Shown: piece by piece, positions 37,001-51,929 of the stretch
Layout: the number at the start of each line of letters is the position of its first letter
How positions within the stretch are numbered: position 1 is the first letter of the stretch
Origin: Ophelia neglecta
Lineage: Eukaryota
NCBI GenBank assembly: GCA_965285935.1
Contig: OZ260662.1
Location: 75,020,001 to 75,084,000, forward strand
DNA length: 64,000 bases
Direction: 5' to 3'
The notes under the pieces: generated by a model
Database searches by the model: none
What the model was told of the DNA's origin: nothing
Seen by the model: only the letters and a program-made list of their open reading frames with translations
Translations under genes and position numbers: made by a program

Positions 37001-40000
37001 TACATTGAATTCACAGGGTCTTGGATAGACTTATAACAGGCTGGCTGATAGAATTTGAACAAGAGAATATATATATATGATCTTATTTTTCTTAACTTTA
37101 ATCTGGGCTATCAAGAGCAATTTACACTCATTTTATTGAAGAAAAAGCTGTTAAAAGTAAATGATAAGTAAGGGATCAAACACAGGGAAGCGACTAGATT
37201 TATTAAATGGTATATATGATATTACTAAGCAAATCGCGCCGGCCATTGAGGGGACAAACGGAAATCGTAAGTCCTAAGGGTATATGCTCTAACTATTGTT
37301 CCAGACAACATAGGCCTAGGGAACATGGCAGTTGGAGCGTATTCCAAGCAGTTCATTTTTCTCCATGGACTCCGAAATAGCCACTATTTGCTTCATTATA
37401 TTCCTAATCTACGCTTTTAATAGAAGAAAATAAGCAGCCTTATTAATTGTAGTTACCATTTGTAACTTTCATCTGCCTCCTTCGTAGCCACCCACCCCTC
37501 CCCTTTCTCCCTATTCCACAAACCCCTCCCCAGTCCCAACACGCACCGGCCTACCCCCATCCCCCACCCCCTCATCCCTCTTGACACTTCCCTGCCATAC
37601 TATCCGCAACCCTACCTGTTACATGACCTCAAACGCCCTATTTATTCTATCTACCCCTAATCCCCCCATATAGTCTCTTTGTACCATATCATGTTTCCAT
37701 CTTTTCTACCCGTCCCTCTCCCCCTCATTTGTTTCAACTGGCTTTTCACATTAAACCCACCCCTTTTCATGCCTCCGTTCCAAACTACACGGCTGACCGT
37801 GACCTTCCCTCGAGTTAGGTACTTGGCAGGTGTATGGGGTGATTATCGATTGATTGCCATTTGTTCCTGGGCCCCAATTGTAGACCTGTAGATCGCGAGT
37901 GCATGCTTTTTCCAAATAAGGAACAAGTCGGCATTATAATGGATGTCAGGTGCCTAGGTATTGGCAAATCATTGCCCGAGACTTATATCAGGTTTATAGT
38001 AAACATTTAAAAGACACTAATTTGTGATTGCGTAAAAATATTAACGAAGATAGTATTCAAAGTTTAAGTTATGTAGATTTACCACGAATGCCGCTGAATG
38101 GCTGTGACCTCTCCTTTCCTCACTCTTGTGTGATATACCCCTTGGCTCTCATCTTACAATATCGATCGGTCTTCCTCGTGAGGAATCTTTCATTTCGCGC
38201 TTTATCTTTTGCCTTGGGTTCCATCCGTAGCCAAAGGCACCAACCCCTACTGTCCTAACTCAGTATTGACCTACAATCAGTCAAGAAAACCTGAGCGTTG
38301 ATATATCATCTCTGCTGCTGCGCATGTGCAGTGGCAATTCAAGACCGATTCTGCCCTAGATTTGAGTTATTGTACTTCCGATGTAAATGACTGCTGAGGC
38401 GTCGGTATGGGTGCTTATCTCTGAAGACAGGGGTGATTGAACTAAAGCCCTGATCAATCGGCGCCACCCGAACCCCGGCTGTGTCTCCATCCTCGCGGTT
38501 TCCCCGTCCTCTCACATCACAGCATCACGGGATATAGACTACACTCGTTGGCCTTCCTGAATCTTTACTTCCAAAGGTCGTGTCGTCTGCCTCTGGTGTC
38601 TTCTATAATTAGCCAGCTTTCCCATGCACTCGAGATCACAGGTCTACAAACAGAGGAAAAACATCATGTCTATCTATTTGACCAGCAGATGTATACATAT
38701 ATTGGGTCCCCTAAACGCCAAGTCACTTAATCTATACAAAAAAACCTAATAATAAAGATATGCTCTGTACACTAACTCATTAAAGAACTTTACAAAATTC
38801 CAGGAAGCTTTCATAAAAAAGCATGTGTATGCTTCACTGGATCATAAACAGTAATGAACGAAAGTCTGTTACTTGGTTAATACTGGTTCCTTCTCGTCTG
38901 CTTGCGTGCCTACCTTCCGGCATACCTTACTGCCTATTCCTGATTAATGTTGTTGTTTTCTATGCCCGGTATCCACTCCCCTTTTTTCAGATGAATCTTC
39001 AGTATTTGTCGGATTAGACAGCTGTATTCCTTTTGATGTTCTGTCGTAATTAACTTTATTCCACGGCTTATAGTCACGTGCGAGATATTAAGGTAGAGCA
39101 GGGTTATCTCAATGAACGTTAAATGAAATGTAGACAGCGTATCGTTAATTCCCTGCAGTGCCCCTGTAGGTATTGGGCATTAGATGGGCTCTGCAAACTG
39201 TTTTCGCAACCAGGAAGTGCCACATAATTCTGTTATTGCACTGGGCATATCTGATTACATTTCCCTAACATGATAGTGTACTTGCAGATCAGATTATTCT
39301 GCGGATGTTACTTATCTGGTCCTCTGAAGTCTACATTAACCTTCATTACCCCTCTTAGATAGTGTCCAACTATTGATAATTTCGTGACTCCATCTCCTAA
39401 TATGAGGAAGTGAGCACCTCTCATTTACCTGCTCCATTTTGTCATGGCCATCGCGCAGAAATAGATGTTGATTTCGTAGTACGTCATCTCTCCCAATCTG
39501 GTAACCCTTCCCCTCTCTCACGCGAGTATAAATAATGACCAGCCTTAACACATTCAATTTCGGCAATTTAGAACTTAATGATTAGGAAATATATTTTGCC
39601 TATGAGCACAAAGTTACATGTTTAATGTTCTACCGTGGTGTGATTCATGATACCAGCATGTATGCGGTGAAATTGAATACCGCCTCAGTACTTTTTAGAC
39701 ATAATGTTATTATAGGTCTAACATCGAACGTTACTTCGATGTTGGCGCATGTCATCTGCCACATCCGCAGCAGTATGGGGCGACGCGCCCCTGGTTGACA
39801 GCAAATTATCTGTCGGAAATATAATGGTTACGTGATGTAGCGCACGACCTCTTTTCACAGGCAGTTGCAATCGGGCAGTTTATGTTATTGATTTATCTGA
39901 TATGCACAGTAATCACAGCTCAGTCTCTTACATTTCTCGGACAAAATAGTTAGGCATATTATATACGAGTGTTCAATCCCTAGTTGTACAGTGACGAGCC

Positions 40001-42017
40001 AGCATGGTTTATTAAACGAGATTATGTCCATGGTTGCTAGCAGGCAAGCTTATGATACAATGAAATGTGTATCCAATCGGATGCGTTAATATTTTCTCTT
40101 GAAAGCACCCTCTTTCCATTACTAAATGAATAAAGTGACTACCTATAATTTGATTTCTTTCTTTTTGCAATCAGATCAAAACCAACTGGAATATGAGCAT
40201 TTGAATATTTTTACTAAAAGGGTCTGTCGCCGACAGAATTTGATCCCTCAAACCTCTAGCATTCGTAAAGCGAGTTTTATACCACTGCGTCATGAGTTAT
40301 GTATTTTGATAGGCAGAATATATATTTTGTTGTTCATGGAAGATTAATATTCAAAATGGCATCGTGGCCTACGTATTGAAGATCCAGGCACGACTTATAA
40401 CCATCTTTCTCCTCACTGAGCAACAGTCAGCGATCAATTCGAAACATTTCAAACGTTGATATCTTCCAACAGGGATTGTATAGGAAGTATCTGCTAACGA
40501 AACAACTGACAGATATGGTAAACATGTCATTTACTAGGTATCAACTCGCCTGACTCAAAGACACGCCTATTTCCAATAATTAAAACCTTTGCAAATCCAA
40601 TGAAATTGTTGAAATAAATAATTGATATAGTGTACAGGAAGTCAACAGTCAGAATGAGCATGGGAAAAATCATTGAAATTGAGCATACGTAGCTCGCATT
40701 ACACTGGTACATATAAAAATCATGTATAAAGAAGCGTCACCCCTTGATTATAAAAAAAACATTGTTAGGATTGGTGGTATTATATGCTTATTGCTGGAAT
40801 TACAAGTCCCCAAACGCACGAGTCGTCAAGATCTATCTCACCTGTTGCTACAGCAATATGTTACAATTGAAAGATGAGTGTGTCTGTCCAACTGTTGAAA
40901 AACATAATATTATGGTCACAACGTTGGATGCCACTCAGTAGCATTTTTATACGAACAACGTTGGCTCGCAAAGGCCAAACATTGCTGGAAGATGTGTGGT
41001 GTGCTGTCTGTCTAACACAAACCGATTATGATGCGTATTGGAGGAAGTAGAGTTTTCTAAATTGCAACTCACGTGGCGTCAATGGCAGGTACGAGACATA
41101 ATTTACATATTACACTAGCAACCTACACAGAGGAAGAAGAAAAACAATAAAAAGGGAAAGACAGTTGTTCATTGCAACTTATTTTCAGCAGAGAGAATCA
41201 TTGTTAAGTCCCGTTTTTTTCTTTAATTGGTCATACATTGATTAAAACATTTGAAACAACGGTTGAATTCTGCGATTTATGCAACGTATAAGAAAAGCGA
41301 GGTTTTTTTTGAGAATGCTATATTACACCCAGTTTACTGTAGATCTGGAGATCAAGCTAGTCATGCCGGCTAGAGTAACAAGAATTCAGACAGAAAAATA
41401 AAGAATGTTATATAGACTTTTTGACACATAATAAACTTATTTATTATAGGTAGATAGACCAGTATCCCACTAGGAACGGGTTTGAAAATTGCCCATGCAT
41501 GTTTAAGGCACAGGAAATTTCTGCAAACAACAAATTTATATTAAATACATGCTCCAGGATTTTCAATTTAAATATACAGAAATGACGGCTTGTAGATGTC
41601 ATGTGATTATTGCTCTATGCCTCACCCGGTACACTGTAATGGAGAATTTAATTCAACTAGATTTGTAAACTGGGATTAATATGGCTAATACAGACAAACA
41701 AACGGCTTCGGAAATAAACACACTGGAAATAGGCCTATAGGAAAAAGAATCAGAGCGCTTATACAATAAAGGTGTCTATGAATTAGGTAATAACTCCCGC
41801 CTGACCCAAACAGTCTGCGCTTTGCAATAGTAAGAGCCTTTCTTACTGCAATATACTATAATTATAGTAGTTGTGGAAATACACGTAATGTAACAAGGCG
41901 TCATCCATTTTAGATAGTACATTGCATGCAGGAAGAGCTCCCTGCCAGTCAGAATGAGGATGGCGAAAATAATTCAAATGGCGTACCATAGCCAGCACTA
42001 TGGTATTAAGGTATAGA

Positions 42018-42053
42018 AGGAGGATATTGAGATGAGAGAGAGGAGGATATTGA

Positions 42054-42134
<81 letters not shown>
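42018..42134 (+). repeat. (GA)39 microsatellite preceded by a 23-bp direct duplication
   Basis: Pure GA run at 42057-42134. AGGAGGATATTGAGATGAGAGAG occurs at 42018-42040 and 42041-42063. Confidence 0.97.
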
Positions 42135-42136
<2 letters not shown>

Positions 42137-45100
42137 TCTCGTTTTGTCTCTATACCTATAGCTGACAACCAATGTAATGGTAGGAAAAATAGAAACTATG
42201 GTAGAATATTTGGGAGTTATGAAAACGTTAAGAAAAAATGTGACTTAAAGCCGAAAATGCAATACATAACACCATTGGTGGATTAGTTTTACTGATGTTT
42301 CAGGTTTTTTTTATCCCATAAGCATGGGAATATTAAAAACTTGCTACGATGATCTGTGTAAGCCCTTAAATTTATTGATGCATTGAGGCAACATGTGTCT
42401 TCGCTTGAAACCTGAGCAGCATTTCATCTGCCACTAGGCCTAGTTCTAAAATTAGCTTCGACTTGAAAATTGTGTTATCCAAGTTTTACCCCTTGTTAAC
42501 CTGAAACCCTTTGACTTGAAAAGAGATATCACACACACCAAATCAAATAAAATACTACACACGAAATTATGTCGTGTACTTTATATCGACTCTTGAATTA
42601 TTCATTTAAACCTTTTAGACAAATGTGTAAATTATGATGTCTTCTTTTATATATATTACAGGTATTTTCTTCATTAAAATACTTTTACACGTGTTGACCG
42701 CAATGTTAAAAATGTTATGCGTTCTCACATCACCAAACCATTGAACTATTTTTTCGTTACGTATCCATTATTTGTACAAATGATTTACTCTTGCTTCAAA
42801 ATCGAATTTCCGCCTATCTTTAAGTTAGTTTACACGTTTATACATCCTTATTGTATCCACTTATTTCGTTAAGCGCACTCCCTTGTAGTAAACCCTTTGG
42901 TCCCTGAAGCATTGTTCCTCCCAGAAAAAAACGCGCGGGAATTATTGAATCTTTTATCACATCACTTCCTAGTCTCACTCGGCGAGAAGAGGATTACAAA
43001 AACAGCAGAGAATTCCGCCAAGACCAATAACGCTCGATTTGTTAACAGTGACAGTGGTTTATTTACCAAGGCAGGAAGTAAAAAATCCACCACGCCTGAA
43101 GACCCCAACTCAATGGTGGTAGCTTACGAGTTTAGTCATTCAAGAACTTTTCTTCATTAACTTGGCTGATTGTAAATTGAGTGTAGGTTGTATGGATTTG
43201 GGTGGGTGATAAACCATCGACTGTCAGGGTAAATCTCACATAGTATAGTGGTAAGTCTCACATGCTGCAGTATTAGGGCGCGAGTTCAGGGTACAGCTAT
43301 GTAATTACGCACAGAAAGCCAAAATGACTATTGAGCAATTACCCAGCAATAACTTTGTCCCGTGACTGCAAATTACCCTTGCAGGTATTTTTTCAAATGG
43401 TTCACCAGTTACTTTCTGTCATTGCCCGTACAGTGTACTCTAGCATACTGAGAACCTGTCGCACACATACAAAAAAACATTGGTAAGATTGCTTTGTTTG
43501 CTTTTTCTTCTTGTTAGACTCAATGTATGTATAGTCACATCTATTGACGCAATTTATTAATGTGAAAACGTTTTACTTTGTATTCCTATATACTATTATA
43601 TTCATCCCATCATTGCCAAACAGAGATGAAAACATGGGGAGGGGTCTTATATTGTAACAGTTGATACAATTGCAGCGAAAAATCCAGGACATTGCCTTAT
43701 ATATCGTTATCTACCTTAAAGACCCCGGGTAATTTTTTACTTATTTTGACCCTGTTTAAATTGAATAACCTCACAAGCATTCCTGCTTTGATTTGAATCG
43801 GGACAGCAACGTCAAAAGTATTATCATTTGTATCGAAAAATCATCGAATTCCTTGAAAATACGTGAATTGGCCATTTATAACCATAGATTGCAAGCTTGT
43901 TTTTAATTAGATAAATATATATAATGTAGGTTAGTCTTCACTGTTGAATATTGAGCACGTGCATGGACTCTGGCACGTTTGATATTAATAATTGTTTGGT
44001 AGCCTTGTTAGCCCGAACAGAATCATACAAGGATCTCGTTGCTATTGAGCTATAAGATACGGCATCTAAGAGGAGAGGAGTGTCGGGGGAGAGAGTGGTA
44101 GTCATGGCAATCACACCCCTAGCATTTAACACACATGGGCGAAAAAAATACATTGACGTAAGCCTAATATAAAGTTTGTAAGGGCACTCGTTTCGCCTAA
44201 TAAGATATGGTCATGCTTTGGGCATTTCTCCCTGATTTAGGTACTCACTGTCGTGGGAACTCCCACTTTGATCGCTATATTCCGATGTCATATATGGGAT
44301 GAAATCAAAGATTAACATGCCCAACTTAAGTCAAATGCATCTCCTCGAATCCTGAGCGGAGCGTGAACAGTAACACGACCGCGTATAATGAATTAACCTT
44401 GAGGGTAATATCGAGAGTTCCCTGAAACGCCTAATTTGCTTGAAAACCATTACTTACTTGTTTTAGATGCATGAACATTTGTTAGGAATGTTATGACATT
44501 GGATTCGGCGTTATGGGTTCATATTCAATTTCTTCTTTCGCGTATGTGCATACTGCTAATTTCATAATTATAAAATAATATAGTAGCCCTAATACATGAT
44601 ACCGTCCCTCGTCTAAAGTCTCTGGCTGCAGGGCTCATACGTGGACCAATAGGATTTTCTTTCCAATATTTACCCTTGCTCTTTCAGGATACCCTGTTTT
44701 CCAATGTGTCCAGCACGTTGTCAAATATAATAAAAATATGCGTTAACACATTATAATGAAATGACCTTATGCAGCTCTTAATGCGAGCACTTTTATAATA
44801 AGCCTATAAACATTGGATTCATAGCCATTATACATTTATACTCAGTACAATAATGGACAAATCCGCTAATAACACATTACCATGGGACCAGTACCCCATT
44901 TGTTGTCATTTCCTTGCCTTTTTCTTAAGAAATCCAATTTGAAAATACATAAATATACGATAATTACATACGTGAAAGGCGTTTAAAATTGTTTGACATT
45001 GTACTGTGTGATCAGCTAGTAGATATAAGATGATTATAAAGATTAATTTTTCATTGCTATTTCGTCCTCTATTTATAAACGGAAAGTACAACCTATATAA

Positions 45101-45830
45101 TTATAGATGTGTCCTGTAGCCAAGTATATGTATTCAGAAGACGGAGTACACCAGTGCGAGTGCATCGAGTTTTTCGGCTGTGTTTTGATAAATGGACAGT
45201 TTTTGCAAGGATCGCAAAGGTTAATCCAGGCTCATGTGAAGACAAAGTTATAAATAATATAACCCAAATAATTACTATTTAGCTGCTGGCTAACAATTAC
45301 TTCCTCTTCTGTTCGCTGACAAGATTCTGTACCCATAGTCCATTTCAAATTGATGACTTGCTATTATGTGTGTATAGCTTCCTTTATTATTTGATTCACG
45401 GGCTGGAGTCATTTACAAAACTGTGTCAGAGCAATCGAGAAAAAAGTCTACGTGGCCTCCATGTAAACGGGAACATAGATGAACTTTACTTGTCTACTGC
45501 TCCTGACTTGTACTCATTTTCAGTTGAATACCCGGAATTGTGTCCTGGCTCTTTAAGCAAGTCGGGCCCACCCAATTTTAACCAATAACTGAACTGTATG
45601 TAAATCCTTGTGTATTGTGTGTCCTCTTTATTTGAGTATGGAAAACACGCGTTACACTGTCAAAAGTCTCAGAAGTGGCCAACATGGATATGGTTTAGTC
45701 TTGCTTAATGAAAAGCCGCGAAGAAAAATTGACTTTCATCTTTACTATAAGGGCAGTCCGTTTATCTTCATTTGAAAATGATGTGAAAGTGTTTTGAGGC
45801 AGTCAATTGTTATACCTGAGCTCACACGGA

Positions 45831-45896
45831 ATGACTCGACCCTGCTTCGAGATCGTCGCTAGAAAAGTTTTAGTTAGAGGACTCCATCTGAAAGAG
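45831..45896 (+). CDS. Candidate short alternative first coding exon (MTRPCFEIVARKVLVRGLHLKE)
   Basis: ATG in GGAATGA context, 22 open codons, ending GAG|GTAATT in phase 0 like the larger exons. Short enough to be chance. Confidence 0.3.
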
Positions 45897-48800
45897 GTAA
45901 TTTTTATATTAATACCGTGATATATTTTTCAACATTATTTGTATACTACAAGGTCTAAATGGCTACAATAATGCCAATGATATGAAGCATGTTTGGTATA
46001 GAAACGAATTCTATCCTCAAGCATCTGGGTATGACTTGCATACCCTGTAGAGATTATTAACATTTGTTGGGTATTTATACAACGGCTCAGTGGTTGTAGC
46101 TAGACTTAATGAGCAACTCGTTCTATCGTTTTTTCTAGAGTTTTGTCTATAGGTAAATGCTCAATATAGACCGACCAGGTAACACCTGTCGGGTAATACT
46201 ATTATATATTGTATGTTCTCCTTTCTACTGTGCTATCTCAACGTTCACACTTCGTAGAACAAAGGCCTGGATTATTCACTGGCTGTTCTAGTATAGGTGG
46301 TAGGACGGGGGTGGAGGTTGGTGGGGGGGGGGGGTTGTTTTTGGTGTAGCAGATGAAGCGTGGACCCGAGCTATTAGCTCGTCCGGTTTATGTCCTGGAA
46401 AGGATCATAAATCCTACATCCCCTGGATCCCTTGTCGTTGATTGATTAATTGATTTGTTTATTGATTAATTTGTGGTTGTGGTCTTTATTCCATGCTTCT
46501 TATTGATAATATGTACATGATTGATCGGAGATTCATTCGACTGCTTCTTTGCTCAGCCTCCTTCTTATATACGACTAATACACATGACTGCCTGTTGCGC
46601 TCGGAAGTAGCCATGATGGAGAATATTATGTTAGAGATATGAGGTATTAAGTTTCTGATAAATATATATCTGCATAGATCTGCATGATGCTTTCGTACTG
46701 ATTGTCATTCTTGCAATTCAAATAAGCTAGTTATTACATTGCTCACAGATGGAAACAATATGACGCTAATATCACTGATTATATTTCGCTCTTTCGTAGC
46801 ATACTCTTGAGTCCACCAATTAAATCTATTAGCATCGCACACCACACACGTATATCTATATAGTTACCATGTATTTATTTGATACACATTTTTATATGTC
46901 AGTATTGAGATAGTTTCTCTCGAAATCAAAAACAAACAAATGTTCTGATTTTTATGCCCCCGCCCTCCCCCGAATGTTAGTCGGGAATGTTTTGGACAAA
47001 ATGTGCTGTTATCTAGTAATTAATGACTGTAATCAATATGAGATTGGGTGTATTTTTCTATTTTGTTTATTTCATTTTCTATATAGTCAAAAATGATTAA
47101 AGCTTGAATAGCACAAAATGCGCTCCGATTAACAGGCGGAATTGTTGATAAACAATATTGTGTTTCCTAGCCTGTACATACGATAAAAATGGTATCAGAT
47201 AACCAAGAGTGTAAACTAGGCCAAGCCCTTTGTACAACAGGTTGTTTGCTGCATATCATATTTCGCAAACATGCTTCGGCTGAAAAATTAGTAGCAGAGC
47301 AACGAAAGAATGTCATGGTTTTCGACACAGGACCTTCTAATCAAACCTAGAAAATGGATTTTGTCCGCCAAGAGTTTTCTCTGTGGCCGCCTTAACCTGG
47401 TCTTTCATTTTCTCCAATTTTTCAATAATTTTGTTTTGTGTAGAAAAGGTACGGTTCTAGTCAGGTAAATGGTTTTCTTTAAAACCACCCTGTAGTGCTT
47501 TTTTTTTCAAGAGATGGCATTAGACCTACCACTGATTTCTAACTCGACATAGTCATTAAGTAATTTCCGTTTCTGGGTGGTTTCCATTTCCTCTAAAGTG
47601 ACATCAAGCGATTGTCTGTCAATGTTTTTTTCTCAAAGTAGGCCAAGATTTGTCACAAGAAAACGGAGCCATTACTCGGGAGACAGACGATGCCACCATA
47701 TTGGCATATCAATGTGTTTACCAGAACGCTAAATTTTTTGTGCCTGAAAAGAAATACCAAACTGGTGAGACGTTTGAGCGAACAGCATGCTGGGAACGAC
47801 CCCATGGAAATCCGCAAGCCATTTTTGTTAAACTACTTCTAAATAGGCGAGGTGGTGGCGTCCCAGGTTTGGGGGTTTGGAGGTGGGGTTTGCGGGGTTA
47901 ACCCATTTGGGTATTTTGTTCCTAGCTATGACAAAATATTGTCAACGTTCACATTTAAACTGTGATAATAATACCTCAGACGGTCTTTCACTCTATTCAA
48001 TTCTCATAATTTGAATGTTTGCTTTATATTTCTGTGCACAGCTTCATGAAATTGGTTCGGTAGTTTTTTGAAGGCGCAACTTAGTGCACTAACGTGGAGA
48101 TTTAATACCCTTTTCCTCTTTAAAAAAATTACATTATACAGTTGTTTTATGTTTATTTAGACCATATTTATTTTTCGTTTTTTTTTATTTGAGAGAGGTT
48201 AAACGATCATACATTGCCTCGCCAAGGTCATATTCATCTCCCTCCTACGTGACAGCTGACTCCTACGTGAACATTTGATTACTTATCATTGCATGCGTTA
48301 TCAATGTTGTTCACTTATCATTATTTGTATTACCATTATTACGGTTTGGATGTTGTTAATTGGTGTCTGTAGGCCTGAGGCTGGTGCTGCCCGATGATTT
48401 CCGGTCGACTTAATGGATTACATTAACGATTTTGCTGTGCCTGTAGGGTATACACTCCCGTGTAGAAATGTGTAATAATTCCGAGAATAGGTTTTTAAAC
48501 TACATATTATCCGAGTTGGCTTCAATATGACTCTAGTCTAAGTATGGATGAATTAATATACTTATTGAGGTATTTCTAACATTATGCTAGTATTCAGGGA
48601 TGAAGAAGTAGAGTTAAAACTTTTAACTGTTGTACTTAGCGGCCTGACTGTAATGCTGAGGCATATTGGGAGCGGGGTACAATTGTATATTTTATTTCAA
48701 TAGTGGAGAAAAAGCAAGACGCAACATGACATAGTAATAAAGCCTAAAGCAGAAAATAATCACCAAATAATACTTATCCTTAGTCTGTATATTTCATATA

Positions 48801-49405
48801 TTATTATAGTGAAGTGAATAAGGCATAAAGCATTAGGATTTTCTCTAAATGTAATAAACGAATCCAATCTGGTACAATATTATAATTAATACACTTTAAG
48901 TATCAGTACTAGCAAGAGTATTAATGTTTTGGCATAAATCCCTGCGAGCTTAATAAAGTATAAGATAGGTCTACTCTAAGTGAAAATGTCACCCACAGCA
49001 TGTGGTTGAGTTGAAACCATGTTCGATTGTATTCTGCCCTCTGCTAGCCTCCACCATGCTTGTTTCGGCTATGAAACCAGAAGCCTTGGAAACGGGCCTG
49101 GCAAAACCGGAAGCTAATAAAGCAAGGACTCCCTACGGAACTGCGGATCCATGAAAGATAATAAAACTAGCTTGCATTTCGCGGCAAAGTAATCTTATAG
49201 TTGGCCGCTCAGCTGCCAAAGTTAAGGATTTTGTTTTGATAAGATAACACTTAACTGCATGAAACTATAATCATTTTTATGGCTTTGTTCAAGCTGGCTA
49301 TACTTATTATACTCAAAGTATTTTCGTTTTGGCACGAATCTTAGTTTTCCTGTCAGTTTGGGTTTATGTTTCAATTTGCTTCTCAGACCGATCAAAATAG
49401 AGATC

Positions 49406-49632
49406 ACCAAAGCGTGGCCGAGTGGCTGGGTTGTCCGCCTCGCAAGTGGTAGACCGGGGTTCAAATCTCGATCGCGTCAAATTGAAGACATAAAAATAGG
49501 TACTGATAGCTCCCCTGCCAGGCGCCCGGTATTTCAGGGGTCATATCAGGCATGATCAACCCAGTGTCAGTGTAATGTGACTGGGTGGGGTTCCCTGTCT
49601 GGAGTCTACGGCAGGTACTTCAATGCGGCACC
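49406..49632 (+). mobile_element. tRNA-derived SINE with a Meta-type central domain
   Basis: Pol III A box TGGCCGAGTGG (49415-49425) and B box GGTTCAAATCT (49458-49468). These are followed by GACATAAAAATAGGTACTGATAGCTCCCCTGCCAGGCGC...CCCAGTGTCAGTGTAATGTGACTGGGTGGG, which resembles the MetaSINE core and body as I recall it. Confidence 0.8.
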
Positions 49633-51929
49633 TCCGCACACCACCCCTCTGACCTTCACCATGGAGAAATCGCTCATCAGCTTGCCAACTTTCTTTGCCA
49701 ACACTACCCCATGTTTTTAAGTAAGATGATTGACATGCTAACTTTCAAATAACTTCCGCACTTTCTGACAATGATTATTGTGATATGCTTTATTGAACCA
49801 TTTAGGACAATTCAAGGTTAGCAAGTCTTTCTTTGCGAGCATTAAAGTTTCCTCTATATTTATTCGTCTGTCTTCCCTTGCAAAAGGGACATAAAAAGCC
49901 ACAATTTTTGATTCGGTAGGGCAATGTTTCCACTTCCGGTTGATTTCACATGCCCGTTACGAATCTCAACAGTATTCTTTCTTCCGCCAAGAAGTCCTAT
50001 GTTTGGTAATGGACTGTTTACTTTGCACGAAAGTTGGCTGCTTATTTCAGCTCTAACAGCTTGGTTTGCATTCAACGCCTTAATGATACACTGTGCACCG
50101 TCAGTCCGGAAGTACGATGGACCGACCAAAGATCGTGTTTGTGCTTTTGCTTGTGCGCCAGGGTGGGAGGGTGTGTGTGTGTGTGTTTGTGGGGGGGGGG
50201 GAGGTTATACAGCCATTGATGTTTTTAATCCAAGTCTCCTTTTGTATCTTCTGTTGTTAATATGACACTCCATAACTCCAAACCTGGAGTTGGTCACCAA
50301 CTAATCCTATGAATCCATTGCAACAACTCCATCCCTGTCAATCTCAGGTACACACTTCTATAATTAGTGAAATCTCGGCTTCGTTAATGCCACTCAGAAT
50401 GACCACTGACCGAGACTATCTGTTTGTTATTCTGAGTGGCTCTTGAATCGTGATTGAAGCATCTGTACCTCCTCCCCGATAGCTGGCACTCTATGACACC
50501 TACCTTCTTCATTATGATATAGAGCTAGCATCAGAGATAGAAATTACTTGTATGTCATACATCAAAATCAAAAGATGTAGTTCGTAGTTCAAACCAAACC
50601 CTATAAGCCACCATTTATGCAAAATATCTTAAGCTTTAGTAAGTATTGAATAAATCATGCAGGCACTACAACTTATGAATTAAAGAAGCTATGCGTTGTT
50701 GCCAATGCTACTTTATTGGCACAAACGTATTCCAGCAAGGTCAGGTCGATTTGTTTTGCTCGGAATTAGGCACCATAGAGACGTGATATCCTTTAAGAAG
50801 CTAAGCTGCTTAAATTCAAACTTAAGATCGATAATCAAAATACCGTTCTGTCGACCCAACCATGATATTCAAACATGCATACCCTGATGGATTTAGTTTT
50901 CAGATAGATTTGATGGAGGTCATACTTCGAGAGGGAGCTGTTTCTCGTATAGGGCTGGTTAAACACAGTACTACAGGCGAGTCAGTGATAATCATGGTTG
51001 GGAACAGTTTGGATGTAGCTTATACTTCTTTCTAAGTGTATAAAATAGCCTTAGGTAGAATATGTTTCTTTGGTATATATCTCTCCACATTTGAAGGTTA
51101 GATTTAGAAATATGTTATCTAGTTAACGCTTCGGGTGTTGATCTCGCCCATGCTTTTTTTTTGTCCTCATTGGTTCTAATAAATTGTTATAATATCAACA
51201 GCATTCATTTCGGATTCTATCAAACATTTAGTCGTTCAAAAAACAATGATACTCCTAACACAGATATTATCAGCTGAAAACAGCAAATTGATGCTAGACA
51301 GGCAGACGTAAAGATGAACATTTTTTCACTCTATGGTTTCACCAGCTGATCTTAACCTTCCCAACTTTCAGCAACACCATTCAAGTGGTAATTGAAATTC
51401 AAATGCATTAAGCAGACGGCCTGCCAAGAATCTTGAACAGTTCTATAGCCCTCTGTTAGCACGGAAATGTGATGGAGCGAGCCCATGAGACCTAACGGTA
51501 GATTTCGTTAGTGAGTTAAATTGGATTTCTTTGGCGCCCTCCCCTCTTTCTAGGAATCTGATCAATGCCCGAGGACGTCGTGAATAATATATATCATCTT
51601 TGATTGGGAGCAGACGATCGTGTGAGGCTAGTGCAGTGCCGATAAGCCCTATAGCGAAAAATCAAAATCTGAACACATTACAATGTTATTAGTGATCATT
51701 CAAATGGTTTGAGGTCACTGAAGAAGCATAGGTCAATGATTTAATTCAAAGTATATACTAATGATTCTGACTTTTTAATCAATACTACTCTTTGCCTTTT
51801 CATCTGTTTAGGCACCGCCTTCTGCCGAATTAATTGAGCTAATCACGAGACACTGCCTTTTTCCTTCGTACGAAGCATGCATATGATGCTTCCTTTTGCA
51901 TTTGCATCGATTTAGATACTGCCATTGCA

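Noticed and set aside
41843-42172. 109-aa ORF with a poly-(SL) tract
   Set aside because: It is a translation of the (GA)n microsatellite.
43236-43300. TAGTATAGTGGT tRNA-like A box
   Set aside because: The B box is degenerate and there is no cloverleaf. At most a decayed SINE head, not a tRNA gene.
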